Source: a virus
Lineage: Duplodnaviria > Caudoviricetes
Length of the DNA: 64,000 nt
Virus record (IMG/VR): IMGVR_UViG_2934356561_000002
Location: 1-64,000 of that record
Strand: one strand, 5' to 3'
Shown in pieces: positions 37,701 through 46,834 of this stretch. Each line of letters begins with the position of its first letter. Within the stretch, counting starts at the first letter, position 1. The notes under the pieces are model-generated. The model had not been told where the DNA came from. It was given only the letters and a program-made list of their open reading frames with translations, and searched no databases. The position numbers and the translations under genes were made by a program.

Positions 37701-40120
37701 GTCGCGATCGCACGCACATTGACATCGACCGCGCCGTTCGACTCGCGAAGGGCCTGGGTGAGGCTGGAGATTTGCTGCTGGTGCTCGGCTGCGGCTGCGG
37801 CGGCTTTCTGCTGCCGTGTGGCGAGCATGCCGAGGCCGACGGTTGCTGCGGCGAGAGTGACGCCCCATGGGCCGCCCATGACGCCCATGAGACCGCCCAT
37901 CGCCGAGCGGAATCCGGTGCCGGCTGCCGCGGTGACGCCGCGCAGCGCCCCGCCGAAGCCGGTCGCTCCTGCGGTCGCGGTACGGAAGCTGGCCCCCATG
38001 GCGCCAATGACCGGGACTCTGGTCTGAAGTACCGCAAACGCGGCGCCGTACCGCCCGATCGATGCGCCGGATGCTGCGGCCAGGGTGCGCTGAACGGCCA
38101 TCTGCTGGTTGAGGCTGCGGTAGGCGCCGGTGAGGCGGCCACCGACGGATCCGGCGACGCTCTGCGCGATGGGCCCGACGCGGCGCATGAGGAGCATTGC
38201 GAGGACAGCGGACTGTACCGGGCCGGGCAGGGAGCCGAACATGCTCACCAGGCCGCCGACGAGGTGGCCGACTGGTCCGAGGACACCGGAGAGGAAAGAA
38301 AGTGCCTGGGCTGCGGCGTCCAGGGCGACGACGACGATGTCGAGTGTGCTGGCTACCCCGTCTCCCTCGCCAGTGACGTCTCCGAGCGCGGACACGACGG
38401 GTTCTGCGCCGTCGGCCAGGTTCTTCAGGACGTCGATGACCATCTGTCCTGCGGAGAGCAGAACGTGGAGGGCTGAGGCGACCGCGTCACCGCCGAGTTC
38501 CTTGAACGGGGCGAGCATGTCTCCGGCGGCGTCCCCGATGTCGGCGAACTCGCGGCGGGCAGCTGCGGCAATGTCAGGGCCGAACAGGGTCGCTGCGTCG
38601 TTCATGTAGGCGAAGAAGTGCTCGATCTTCGGGGTGGCCTTGGACAGGCCTGACGTGATGCCGCGGGTGAGGAACTCCAGGCCTGGCGCCATCCCGTCGT
38701 AGATGGCGAGGCCGGTCTGCTTCGACTGGGTCTTCAACTGGAGCATGGCACCCGCGAGGCCCTTGCCCTTCGCCGCGGCGATCTGCGCAGCGGCCCCGGT
38801 CGAGGACACAGCCTGCATCAGCGCGTCGAAGCTGTCGGTGCCCTGATGGGCCAGCGCGATGGCACCGGACATAGCGGGCTTGCCCATCGACTTCTTGACG
38901 GCGGCGGCGAAGTCCTGCTGTGTCATGGAGTGCTGGGCCTTGGACAGGCCCTCGATGACGTACCGCAAGCCCCTGAAGTTCCCCTGGGCGTCCCATGCCT
39001 GGATGCCCATGTCCTCGAGGCCCTGGGTCATCTGTTTCGTCGGGGAGGCCAGGTTCGCCATCATGCCCCGCAGGGTCGTACCGGCGGTCTGCCCGAGAAT
39101 GCCCGCCTTACCGAGCATGCCGACCGCGCTGGCGGCTTCCTGCATGTTGATGCCGAGACCATGCGCGACGGGCCCGGCGTACTTCATGGCGTAGTAGATG
39201 TCGGTGATGTCACCGGAGGCCGCGTTCGCCGTTGCGGCGAGGGTGTCGGCGGCGACTCCGGCCTGGTCGGCGCCCATGCCGAATTGATCCATCATGTCGC
39301 CGAGGTACTTGGCGGAGTCGGCGGCGTTGACCTGTGCTGCGCTGGCGAGAGTCAGGGAGGCCCGGGTCGCGCTGATCGCCTGATCGGTACGGAAACCAGC
39401 CTTGGCCAGCTCGACCATGGACTCGGCGGCCTCGGCCGCTGTGGCGCCGGGCAGGGACAGGTCCGCACCGAGCTGACCGGCTGTCGCTGCGGCGCGCTGC
39501 ATCTGCATCGCGGTAGCGCCCGCGACCGCCCCGAAGGTGTTCATCGACTGCTGGTACTCGTTGCCGTGCTTGATGAGGTCGCCAATCCCCATCACCAGCG
39601 CACCACCGGACAGGAGCGCGGCCGCACCTACGAGCTGGTGGCGGAGCCGGCCGGTGTCGGCGGCCATACGGCGGAGGCTGCCGTGGTCGTTGATGCCCCG
39701 CACGTGAGTGCTCGCGCGCCGGGCAGCGTCGGCGAGGCGCAGCAGGTCGCGGACGGCGGTGTCGATCTGCCCGGACATGCGGGCGAGCTGGCGGCCGGTG
39801 GTACGGGAGTTGTTGCCGAGGCTGTTGACGTGCCGGTTCGCGGTGCGGGCGGCGTCCCCGTACCGGCCCATCTGGCGGGCGGCGGTACGTGCATCGTTGC
39901 CGAGCGAGTTCAGGCGGCGTGCGGTGGTACGTGCGGCCGTGCCGAGGGTGCGGATGTGCCGGGTGGCGGCCTGGGACGCCTGCCCGAGCTCCCGCACTTC
40001 GGTCTTCGCAGTGCGCGCTGCGCCGCCGAGAGTCCGGGCGTGCTTGGCGGCGGACTTGAGGGACTGGGCCAGGTCGTTGCCGTGGCCCCGCAGGTCCACG
40101 GACAGGTTCCAGTTCGGCAC
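34703..40120 (-). CDS. Tail tape measure protein (TP901 family)
   Basis: 1805 aa, Ala/Gly rich; AAESMVELAKAG...AMKYAGPVA...AGTTLRGMM core. Confidence 0.95.
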   Translation of the reverse strand: MPNWNLSVDLRGHGNDLAQSLKSAAKHARTLGGAARTAKTEVRELGQASQAATRHIRTLGTAARTTARRLNSLGNDARTAARQMGRYGDAARTANRHVNSLGNNSRTTGRQLARMSGQIDTAVRDLLRLADAARRASTHVRGINDHGSLRRMAADTGRLRHQLVGAAALLSGGALVMGIGDLIKHGNEYQQSMNTFGAVAGATAMQMQRAAATAGQLGADLSLPGATAAEAAESMVELAKAGFRTDQAISATRASLTLASAAQVNAADSAKYLGDMMDQFGMGADQAGVAADTLAATANAASGDITDIYYAMKYAGPVAHGLGINMQEAASAVGMLGKAGILGQTAGTTLRGMMANLASPTKQMTQGLEDMGIQAWDAQGNFRGLRYVIEGLSKAQHSMTQQDFAAAVKKSMGKPAMSGAIALAHQGTDSFDALMQAVSSTGAAAQIAAAKGKGLAGAMLQLKTQSKQTGLAIYDGMAPGLEFLTRGITSGLSKATPKIEHFFAYMNDAATLFGPDIAAAARREFADIGDAAGDMLAPFKELGGDAVASALHVLLSAGQMVIDVLKNLADGAEPVVSALGDVTGEGDGVASTLDIVVVALDAAAQALSFLSGVLGPVGHLVGGLVSMFGSLPGPVQSAVLAMLLMRRVGPIAQSVAGSVGGRLTGAYRSLNQQMAVQRTLAAASGASIGRYGAAFAVLQTRVPVIGAMGASFRTATAGATGFGGALRGVTAAAGTGFRSAMGGLMGVMGGPWGVTLAAATVGLGMLATRQQKAAAAAAEHQQQISSLTQALRESNGAVDVNVRAIATENLMSKKIDTWADGQQRLVDVAREAKIPMSDLVDAYTNQGSSLKDLQERLLGVAKASEFYYNSPDGTGASGKAYSDQGRAADDLRKSLGGLGGDFAKAAADAKSFNEGVKGAGNTSAYTRLKDAVGALASKTADADSRTRALREALDLLSGGSVSLQAAQARVNEAVTNANEAMAAGIDKADGWGNALIGANGALSTTTKNGQQLFSTLDTIADSSTTAAVKAYDFAQSQGKTVPQSIQAATKEMQRARDEAIRLGEGYGLSKKQAAGVADAMGLIPGRVSILLQTEGVDTVLAELLGVQAEFERFPDKKTIKVDALGDEAKKELEDIGYKIELIPGTREYKITAPTKAARTDLDLLIAKLGQTNGKTLTISAPTGKVKAELQTIQDKVRATKGKTLSIKAPTQEARQNLEALGYKIKNTKGKTVTITVPTGDATYNARIIQTAIDNIHGKTVGVYLSYRATSADKDANGVPDHVQAPQARGSVLDFYANGGTNRRGIRENHTAQIAPAGAWRVWAEEETGGEAYIPLSPSKRGRSRAITEETIRRLGGDPKSVQWHGDGAVVAFDSGGFSYTPAGMRRDTSYVQSAYSDSHQPIDKDAYNKKIRARKNAVDSLRSAEAALAALRRKKHTHAQMVAAENRVAKARRTLATATDAARKAESRYKKTFSLSDWQKTLKSAVSANTAYEKNLSKIATRGGADVIDQLRDLGEEGAALVASLAKASKKQFNDIVANLRKLGPLAKASLADYTKQLNASSKTSSAFQANLAKLASMGYGDLATQLAGQGDEAAQKLAAEAVKNKGKASSANAAAKTSGKQLSGDELEQLIQIIAAVKTSKTGLHSVADTTGLGEDEIITVANKATAQIKSSLGSRSTQFLADLARANKGLSYANGGIREGIYATRGGAVTFAEPSTGGEAFIPLGPGKRTAATKVLRDVAGRFGVGLTDMSATRPVVIIREDGDTNVTVTAVRTGASASDIGAQVGRSVRRARRGGVNARAAA

Positions 40121-40147
40121 CGGGCCCCTCCCCTCTTCTCTGGTTGT

Positions 40148-40561
40148 TCAGTCGTCGTCGGTGGTGCTGCGCCGCCTGCTGGCGACGAGTTCGCGCTGCG
40201 CTTCGATCGCTGCCGCCTGCGCTGCCGGGATCAGTGCGATCTTCATTCCGTTGTTGTCGGCGTCCTTGTCCCCTGCGAGCTCGGCCTGCTTGTCTGCGAT
40301 GACCTGGCAGCCCACGCACCGCTGGACGGTGATGGCGTAGGCGTCTTCCTCGCCGGGGTGGCCGTGGTCCCAGTCGTCGTACCGGGTGCCGCACTGCGGG
40401 CACACGGTGCGCTGGTAGTCGCGGTAGGCGAGGGCTTTGGCCCGGTCGCGTGCCGTCCAGGTGCCGTCACCGATGCCTCGGAACAGGGAGTGCGGGATCC
40501 CCCACCGGTCGCAGAGTTCGAGCTCGCCACGGAGACGCTCATTCCTGATCAGCCTTTTCCC
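40148..40561 (-). CDS. Tail assembly chaperone, -1 frameshift extension (gpT-like)
   Basis: Entered from the upstream gene at slippery GGGAAAA. Confidence 0.78.
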   Translation of the reverse strand, partial: GKRLIRNERLRGELELCDRWGIPHSLFRGIGDGTWTARDRAKALAYRDYQRTVCPQCGTRYDDWDHGHPGEEDAYAITVQRCVGCQVIADKQAELAGDKDADNNGMKIALIPAAQAAAIEAQRELVASRRRSTTDDD

Positions 40562-41106
40562 AGGTCCATGCGTGTCGTCTCCTGGACGTTCCACGCGGCG
40601 TTGAACAGCGCGGCGGCCTCGGCTTCAGACCAGGTGTCGAGATACTCGCGGGCATCGTCGACGGTCATGCCGTCGACCGAGGCGGCGGCAATCAGCTCGG
40701 GGCCGAGGGTTTCGACGTTCAGGTCGTGCCCGTCCTCGGCCTGCTCCTCAGTCGCCGGGTGATCCTTCTTCAGCGTCTCGAACGCCAGCCTCGGCAACGC
40801 CCGGAACCGAAGGACGATTGCCGCGGCGTCGAATGCGGTCTGTGCGGTTGCCATGTCCTGCTCGGCGGTCGCGACCGCAGCCTTGACGGCCTGGTCGTCG
40901 GGCCGGTCCTCGGCTTCGGCCTGGATGCGGCGCAGTGCGTACCGGGCGGTCTCCAGGGCGGTCTTGGCGTCGAGGTCGTCGCAGATCGTCAGCGCGGCCG
41001 TGTGCCGGGTGCGGTTGCGCAGACGTTCGCGGGTGGCCGCCCAGTGCAGGTCCTTCGCAACGACGGCGGCAGGCGGGGCGGGCGTGGTCTTGGCGGTGGC
41101 AGGCAT
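40549..41106 (-). CDS. Tail assembly chaperone (gpG-like)
   Basis: Between major tail and TMP; ends in the slippery site. Confidence 0.82.
   Translation of the reverse strand: MPATAKTTPAPPAAVVAKDLHWAATRERLRNRTRHTAALTICDDLDAKTALETARYALRRIQAEAEDRPDDQAVKAAVATAEQDMATAQTAFDAAAIVLRFRALPRLAFETLKKDHPATEEQAEDGHDLNVETLGPELIAAASVDGMTVDDAREYLDTWSEAEAAALFNAAWNVQETTRMDLGKG
40555..40561 (-). other. Programmed -1 ribosomal frameshift site GGGAAAA
   Basis: CTG GGA AAA GGC TGA; the -1 frame continues GKRLIRNERL... Confidence 0.8.
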
Positions 41107-41209
41107 GGGGTGGTCCTCCATCAGAGGGGAAGGGGACCCCGGCCGGGCGCCAACAGGCGCCCCTTCCCGAACACCGTCGGGCCCGACCGGGAGTAATGGG
41201 GAGGTCGGG

Positions 41210-41680
41210 TCAGGTCGCCGGGATCGTTGCGTTGAGCAGCGGACGGTCCGTGATCGAGAACTTGACCATGATCTTGGCGGCCTCGTTGTCGGCGGTGATC
41301 GCTGCGGAGGTCGACGCGACGCGCACGGGGTAGACGTCGAGGCCCTTGGTGCTGGCCGCCTTGCCCTTGCGGGCGATCAGGATGAACCCGGTGGTGCCCT
41401 TGGCCAGGTCGGTCTCGACGGTGTCGGTGGTGTCGTCCTCGTAGAACGTCAGCGAGGAGTCCGCGGCGGAGTCGTCGCCGGGGATTTTCGCGACGAACGT
41501 GGAGTCCATGTCGGGGGTCTCGATCTCTTGGTTCTCGATGGAGAACCCGTCGACCGCGGCGATCTGCTTCGTGTAGTCGGTCGCGCCGGTGATCTCGACG
41601 AGCGTCGGCATGTAGTCGGCGGCGGCGATCGTCTCGGCGAAGAGGATCTTCGTTACGCCCTTGCGGTTGAACCTGGCCAT
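41210..41680 (-). CDS. Major tail protein
   Basis: MARFNRKGVTKILF..., 156 aa, canonical position. Confidence 0.82.
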   Translation of the reverse strand: MARFNRKGVTKILFAETIAAADYMPTLVEITGATDYTKQIAAVDGFSIENQEIETPDMDSTFVAKIPGDDSAADSSLTFYEDDTTDTVETDLAKGTTGFILIARKGKAASTKGLDVYPVRVASTSAAITADNEAAKIMVKFSITDRPLLNATIPAT

Positions 41681-41787
41681 GCTGGGGCCCCTTTTGGAAT
41701 GCTCACGCGTGTGGGAGTCGGCCACCGGATGGGTGGCGCGTCCGCGCTGGGGCCGCCGCGGTGCGGTCGAAAATGCCTGGCCAGGGG

Positions 41788-42234
41788 TCAGGCTGGGGTC
41801 AGGGCGAGCCTGAACCGCTGCACATAACTGATGATCCCATCCGTGGGGTCGTTCGTTCCCCCTGGTTCGACGTCGAGCTCCCGGCACATGACCTTGATGC
41901 CGGGGATCGTGAGCGGGTGCAGCCACTCCCCCGACAGCGGGTCGCGGCCGAGGATCGCCGCACGGGCCTTGTCGGCGAGGAGTTCGGCCTGGTCGAGAGT
42001 GCCCATCGACGCGGGGCGGGACGGGTCGGGTCCGGACACGGACGTCACCTGGTAGACGACCACGAGGTCATCCAGAGTGTCGGTAAGCGGCGGCCCGTCG
42101 AGCCCGGTGTCGAGGGAGTAGAGCAGGTAGTAAGGCGGTTTCGCCTGCGGCATCCGTCCCTGCCCAACCGGGAACCCAGTAGCGGAGGCGAGGAGCGCTG
42201 TCAGTGCGTTGGTGACGGATCGTCTGGGAATCAC
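41788..42234 (-). CDS. Tail terminator protein
   Basis: PPYYLLY, YQVTSV motifs; upstream of major tail. Confidence 0.72.
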   Translation of the reverse strand: MIPRRSVTNALTALLASATGFPVGQGRMPQAKPPYYLLYSLDTGLDGPPLTDTLDDLVVVYQVTSVSGPDPSRPASMGTLDQAELLADKARAAILGRDPLSGEWLHPLTIPGIKVMCRELDVEPGGTNDPTDGIISYVQRFRLALTPA

Positions 42235-42617
42235 CGGAGCACCTCCACGACCGCGAACCGCATCTCCGTCATCAGCGTTGCCCCTATGTAGTCGATGGCG
42301 GGGCCGACGTGCGGGAACGGGGGCTGGTTGTACACGCGGCCAAGGCTGTCCGGGCCGACGAACCCGAACTCCAGGCGCCGGCCCTGGGGGGCGCTCGTGC
42401 CAATGGTGCACAGCGCCCCGTACGGCAGGCGCCGGTTCGTCGTCTCCCATGAGCTCCGGTAGGCGCCGGTGATGACGCTCGGTCCTGGCCGACCGGACGC
42501 GTTGCCGCGGATACGAGCGCGGCCGAGCTCACCTGTGTGCTGGACGGCTCGCTGGATCGCGGGCCCGACCCGGGTGGCGGCCACTTCGAGGCGGTCCGCG
42601 AGTTGTTCAGGCGTCAC
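42231..42617 (-). CDS. HK97 gp10-like tail completion protein
   Basis: ITGAYRSSW...RRLEFG...QPPFPHVGPA. Confidence 0.78.
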   Translation of the reverse strand: MTPEQLADRLEVAATRVGPAIQRAVQHTGELGRARIRGNASGRPGPSVITGAYRSSWETTNRRLPYGALCTIGTSAPQGRRLEFGFVGPDSLGRVYNQPPFPHVGPAIDYIGATLMTEMRFAVVEVLR

Positions 42618-43060
42618 GGGGTCACCTCGGCTTGCATCTGGTCGAGGGGGGTGATGCGTACGACTTCGACGGTTCCGGCACGGCCGGGGTCGGTGCAGAT
42701 CCATGACCTGCCGAGGAGTCCGGTTCGGGCCGGATCGTGGACGGCGACGACGGTGATGACGGCGTCCTTGGGCGCGAGTGGTGCGTCGAGGGGGGTGAGG
42801 AGCCGGTACCGGGACGTTGTCTCTTGCACCCAGGGGAGGTTGTGGTTCGGTGTGGCGACGATTTCGGCCTGGGCGGATGAGCCCTGCACCCCACCGGGGC
42901 CCTCGTACAGGACTTCGCCTTCCGGGTACTCGAGCTGGCCCGTGTTCTCGTTGAGTACGGGGTCGCCGACGGCGGGCAGGGTGATGCGCACGGTGTCGAT
43001 GAGGAGGTTCTCTCCGATCCACCCGACAACTCCGGCGAGAGCATCGTCCAGGCCTTGCAT
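42614..43060 (-). CDS. Head closure / head-tail adaptor (DUF6093-like)
   Basis: DTVRIT...LYEGPGGVQ pattern and position. Confidence 0.72.
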   Translation of the reverse strand: MQGLDDALAGVVGWIGENLLIDTVRITLPAVGDPVLNENTGQLEYPEGEVLYEGPGGVQGSSAQAEIVATPNHNLPWVQETTSRYRLLTPLDAPLAPKDAVITVVAVHDPARTGLLGRSWICTDPGRAGTVEVVRITPLDQMQAEVTP

Positions 43061-43446
43061 CAGCCCCTCCCCTGCACCCAGTCGGCAAGTTGCTGGAGCA
43101 TGGCGGTGGTGAGTTCGTGGCGGCTGCCGTCAAGGTCGTCACGTTCGAGCGCGGCTCGTTCCAGGGCGGCCGGTTCGATGCTCTGGAGGAACGCGGCAAC
43201 GACCTGTCCATCGTCTTGCTCGGGCGCGGCAACGGCGACGTGGGCGAGGCCTTCGAAGTCGAGTCCCCGGTGTGGCACGGTGTGGAGCATGAGGACCGGG
43301 GGGCCGCCGACCTGGTGCTGGAGGCTGTACCCCTGGAGGGAGCGGCTGATGTCGACGCCGTCGACGACGACCTTCCCCATGGCACCGTCGACGGTGATGC
43401 GTACGTGGCGGGGCTCGTCAGCCATGCTCGGGGTGTCAGTCGTCAT
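43060..43446 (-). CDS. Hypothetical virion-module protein
   Basis: GKVVVDGVDISRSLQGY; coupled to neighbours. Confidence 0.7.
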   Translation of the reverse strand: MTTDTPSMADEPRHVRITVDGAMGKVVVDGVDISRSLQGYSLQHQVGGPPVLMLHTVPHRGLDFEGLAHVAVAAPEQDDGQVVAAFLQSIEPAALERAALERDDLDGSRHELTTAMLQQLADWVQGRG

Positions 43447-43702
43447 CTCGGGCCACCTCTGCTCGCATGCGGGTGAGTGCGTAGTCCAGAAGGCCGATGA
43501 GTCGGTGGTAGGGCACGGCGCCAGCGCCTTCGGGGACGAGCGTGCCCACCTGGGTGATACCGCCGTCCTCGTACCGTTGCGTGGACGTGACGACGATCCA
43601 CTCGGTCATAACGCCCTGGAAGTCCTCAAGCCGCATGACGTTGTCGATGGCCTCTTCAAGGCGCTGGTACGCGGTCTTCAGCTCAGGGTTGGCCTCGCTC
43701 AT
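43436..43702 (-). CDS. Hypothetical protein
   Basis: 88 aa, overlapping neighbours. Confidence 0.7.
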   Translation of the reverse strand: MSEANPELKTAYQRLEEAIDNVMRLEDFQGVMTEWIVVTSTQRYEDGGITQVGTLVPEGAGAVPYHRLIGLLDYALTRMRAEVARDDD

Positions 43703-44547
43703 GCAGTGTCTCCGGATTCGATGTCGGTGCGGTTGTTCAGGTCGGGGCGGGGGATCCAGGACCGAACGCAGCCGTGGTGGGCGAGGGGGTACGTGTCGGC
43801 GTCGTCAATGCTGCGGATCGTGCCGTCCGCGTGGTCAGTGTCGGCGTGATTCGTAAATCCGCACTCCGGGCCATCGACGCACTGCATCCACTGGGCGTCG
43901 AGCTCCCACCGGGCGGTGTTGATCGCGCCAGAGTTCGCGGCGACGACGCCCTGCCACGACAGGGCCGAGCATGCCCATGATTCGACGGGGTGCCGGGACT
44001 GGTCGGCGTAGATGACGGTGGCGAGCGGGTGGTCGGTGGCCAGGCGGGCGCTGTCGATGCCCTCGTGGTTGCGGCCGCGGGTGACTTCGCGGGCGGCGTC
44101 CTGGGCGGTGCGGGCGAATGCCTGGGCGCGGCGTACGGCTTCCTGAACACGTCGCATCAGGTCAACGTAGAAGGTGGCGGTGATCGGAGTGATCGCGGCC
44201 TGGTGGTCGACAGTCCACCGGAACAGGGTGACGTCCCGGTTCGCGCGGCGCAGTGCCTGTAAGGCGCCGTCGCGGTACGCGGTCGGCAGGTCGGTGGCCG
44301 CCCATCGTTCAGCGAATGCACGGGCATCCCGTTCGAACTGGGCGACCTGGCGGTTGAACTCACTGACTGCGGTACGGACGCGGGTGGTGGAGCCGATGCC
44401 GGGCCGGATCCGTTCCAGGGTGCGGAGCAGCTGGTCCTGGGCGGTGATGAGGCGCCCCCAGTCGCGTGTGAGGCGGGCGACGGACAGGGCGATGAGGGTG
44501 AGGAGTTCTTCGCGGCTCCCGTGGCCCTGCTGTACGGGGGTGGTCAT
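43699..44547 (-). CDS. Minor capsid / head morphogenesis protein (Mu gpF-like)
   Basis: C-terminal DGPEC...HHGCVRS motif. Confidence 0.72.
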   Translation of the reverse strand: MTTPVQQGHGSREELLTLIALSVARLTRDWGRLITAQDQLLRTLERIRPGIGSTTRVRTAVSEFNRQVAQFERDARAFAERWAATDLPTAYRDGALQALRRANRDVTLFRWTVDHQAAITPITATFYVDLMRRVQEAVRRAQAFARTAQDAAREVTRGRNHEGIDSARLATDHPLATVIYADQSRHPVESWACSALSWQGVVAANSGAINTARWELDAQWMQCVDGPECGFTNHADTDHADGTIRSIDDADTYPLAHHGCVRSWIPRPDLNNRTDIESGDTA

Positions 44548-44876
44548 CGGCGGGGCCGTTCGACGAGGTACATCACTCCGAACCCGCCCCCGGTGCCGTC
44601 AGGGTCGGTGGGGTCGTCCGGCGCGGGCGGGTCACCGGCCTGCAGGGCGGCGATCTGCCGTTCGTAGGCCTTGATGTTCTCGGTGTACGACACGGCCACG
44701 ACGGAGGACACGTTGACGGTGGACGGCTGAGTACGCAGCGCCGCAAGGCGTTCCCGAAGGATCTCAAGAGCCGTTGCCCGCGCAGTACCGAGCCTGGCGT
44801 ACCGGGCGTCGAGGTCGGCCGGGTCCGTTTTGGGGCCGAGCTGTGAGATCAGCCAGGCGCGTACGGCTGCGTCCAC
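44544..44876 (-). CDS. Head-tail connector
   Basis: 110 aa, position after the capsid. Confidence 0.68.
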   Translation of the reverse strand: MDAAVRAWLISQLGPKTDPADLDARYARLGTARATALEILRERLAALRTQPSTVNVSSVVAVSYTENIKAYERQIAALQAGDPPAPDDPTDPDGTGGGFGVMYLVERPRR

Positions 44877-44967
44877 CAGGTCCTCCGGTCATGTGTGGGG
44901 CGGGAAGGGGTGAAGCAGGTGCGGGCCCGGCCTGGCGCCCCACCAGGGGGTCGGGCCCGCACACCGC

Positions 44968-45240
44968 TTACTGACCGCTGGTGCCCTCGGCAGCGGCCGT
45001 CCGGCCCCGGGCCGGCTTTCGGGCCGCCGTCTTACGGGCGGCCGGTTCGGTGTCCGCGTCGTCGCCCGTGGGCGTCGGCTCGGCGGGTGCGGTGTCGGGG
45101 AGCTTGCCGTCTTCCCACGCTGCAGGGTTGGTGACCAGGGTGGCCAGGCGGGCCTCGGGGCTGGTCCCGGCCTGGAGGATGACGGTCTCGTTGGTGTCCG
45201 GGTCGGTGACGTACACCGCCGCGGCGAGCTTGGCGGCCAT
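44968..45240 (-). CDS. Small virion-module protein
   Basis: Directly after the capsid; LVTNPAAWE. Confidence 0.7.
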   Translation of the reverse strand: MAAKLAAAVYVTDPDTNETVILQAGTSPEARLATLVTNPAAWEDGKLPDTAPAEPTPTGDDADTEPAARKTAARKPARGRTAAAEGTSGQ

Positions 45241-45243
45241 GGC

Positions 45244-46296
45244 TCAGAACACCTTGGCTGTGATGTGGATGTCCGGTACGTACAGGACCGGCATGGCGAC
45301 GGCGGCGCCCTTCGTCCACACCTGAACCGGGTCGTCGGTGTAGCCGTGGGTGACGACGATGCCGGGTGCCTCTTCCCGCAGGATGGCGGGGTTGCCGCCG
45401 GACGAGAGGACGAGGGACTCGGCGGTGACGCCGTACTGGGTCTCGCCCCACGTCTGCGGGTTCGGCGGGAGCATCAGCCACCGGTCCTCGGGGATCGGGC
45501 GGACCATGGTGCCGTCGTCCTTCGGGATCTGCACGTCGTAGATCTCGATCGGCGGGAGGTTGTAGCGGGCGCGGACGGTGTCGACCTCGTTCGGTGCGAG
45601 GACCGCGGTGGGGATGGTGGACGCGGAGTTGACGCTGCCGTAGAACGCCGCCCGGTAGGAGTTGTTCGCGGCGAGGAGGCTGCGCGCCTTGTAGGAGGTT
45701 TTGACGCGGGCCGGGAGCGGGGCACCGGACGCGCGAAGCGTCTCGATCCACTTCATCTCGTCGGCGAGGGCGTCCGCGGTCGGGTCTGTCCACGCGGTTG
45801 CGGCGGTCGGCATGTTCGCCGCCGGGACGCCGGCGTCGTACTCGACAGTGAGGCCGTTCTCCCCGGTGAGGGTGAACTTGCCGTCGGTGAGGAGGTCGCC
45901 GACGGCAAGTTCGAGGCGGGACTTGATGGACTGCACGTGTGCGGCGATGTCCTGGTAGAGCAGTTCCACGAGCTCGGACGCGTCGGCGCCGCGGGAGGTG
46001 TCGAGGAGGATCTGCTCCAGCTCGCCGACCAGGTACTTCTGTCCGAGTGGGGGCAGCATGCCCTCGGTGACGATGCGCTTCGCCTCGCGGGTGGCGACCT
46101 TGGTCTGCGCGTCCCACGCCCGGTAGTTCGCCGCATTGACTCGGCGGCTGGTGGACTTGATGCGGAACTTCACCGAGTTGATGGTGCGTTCCGGCATGAC
46201 AGAGAGGGTCAGCGCGTAGTCCGCGGGGGTCTGTACGGCCCGCGCGAAGGCGTTGATCTCGGTGGCGTCGATGTCCCTGAGCAGGGTCTCAAGCAT
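45244..46296 (-). CDS. Major capsid protein (lambda gpE-like)
   Basis: 350 aa; ends DPVQVWTKGAAVAMPVL; follows decoration gene. Confidence 0.9.
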   Translation of the reverse strand: MLETLLRDIDATEINAFARAVQTPADYALTLSVMPERTINSVKFRIKSTSRRVNAANYRAWDAQTKVATREAKRIVTEGMLPPLGQKYLVGELEQILLDTSRGADASELVELLYQDIAAHVQSIKSRLELAVGDLLTDGKFTLTGENGLTVEYDAGVPAANMPTAATAWTDPTADALADEMKWIETLRASGAPLPARVKTSYKARSLLAANNSYRAAFYGSVNSASTIPTAVLAPNEVDTVRARYNLPPIEIYDVQIPKDDGTMVRPIPEDRWLMLPPNPQTWGETQYGVTAESLVLSSGGNPAILREEAPGIVVTHGYTDDPVQVWTKGAAVAMPVLYVPDIHITAKVF

Positions 46297-46310
46297 GACT
46301 CAGGCCCCTA

Positions 46311-46721
46311 TCAGGCGAAGTGGATGAGGTCGGTGCGGGACTCGGCCGCCGGGACGGTCAGCGCGACGGGCAGCAGCGCCGTGGTGACGTCGCCGTGGAC
46401 GAGGAGTGCCCCGCCGACCTTGGTGGAGGCCGGGTTGAAGTGCGTGTCGGTGGCGAGCAGCCCGGCGAGGATCTGCGTGCCGTCGGTCGCGTCCGACTTG
46501 TACGGGGCGTACAGCCCGGATGCGGTGAGCTTCCCGAGGGGCAGCCCGCTCTTGAACACGGCCTGCGGGGTCTGGGCGCTGGCGGGCAGGTAGTGGGTGC
46601 CCGACGTGAACTTCGAGACGTCGAGGGTGATCGTGGCGTTCATGCCCGAGCCGTGCAGATTGCGCAGCCACCGCCGGTCGGCGGTCACGGTCTCGGTGGT
46701 GGTCATCGGCTGGATGTCCAT
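46311..46721 (-). CDS. Head decoration protein (gpD-like)
   Basis: SGLPLGKLTASGLYAPY...DGTQILAGLL. Confidence 0.85.
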   Translation of the reverse strand: MDIQPMTTTETVTADRRWLRNLHGSGMNATITLDVSKFTSGTHYLPASAQTPQAVFKSGLPLGKLTASGLYAPYKSDATDGTQILAGLLATDTHFNPASTKVGGALLVHGDVTTALLPVALTVPAAESRTDLIHFA

Positions 46722-46834
46722 GCCGATCTCCTCCCGTGGATGTGGGATGGCACTAGAGGGGCGGGCAACCGGTGCTGGTGCCGTCCACGGGGTGGTGCGT
46801 GAGGGCGTGGTCCCTCGGTCTGTGGGTCGCCGGG

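Noticed and set aside
35807-40762. Long plus-strand ORFs (527 and 638 aa) opposite the tape measure gene
   Set aside because: Shadow frames caused by GC3 bias
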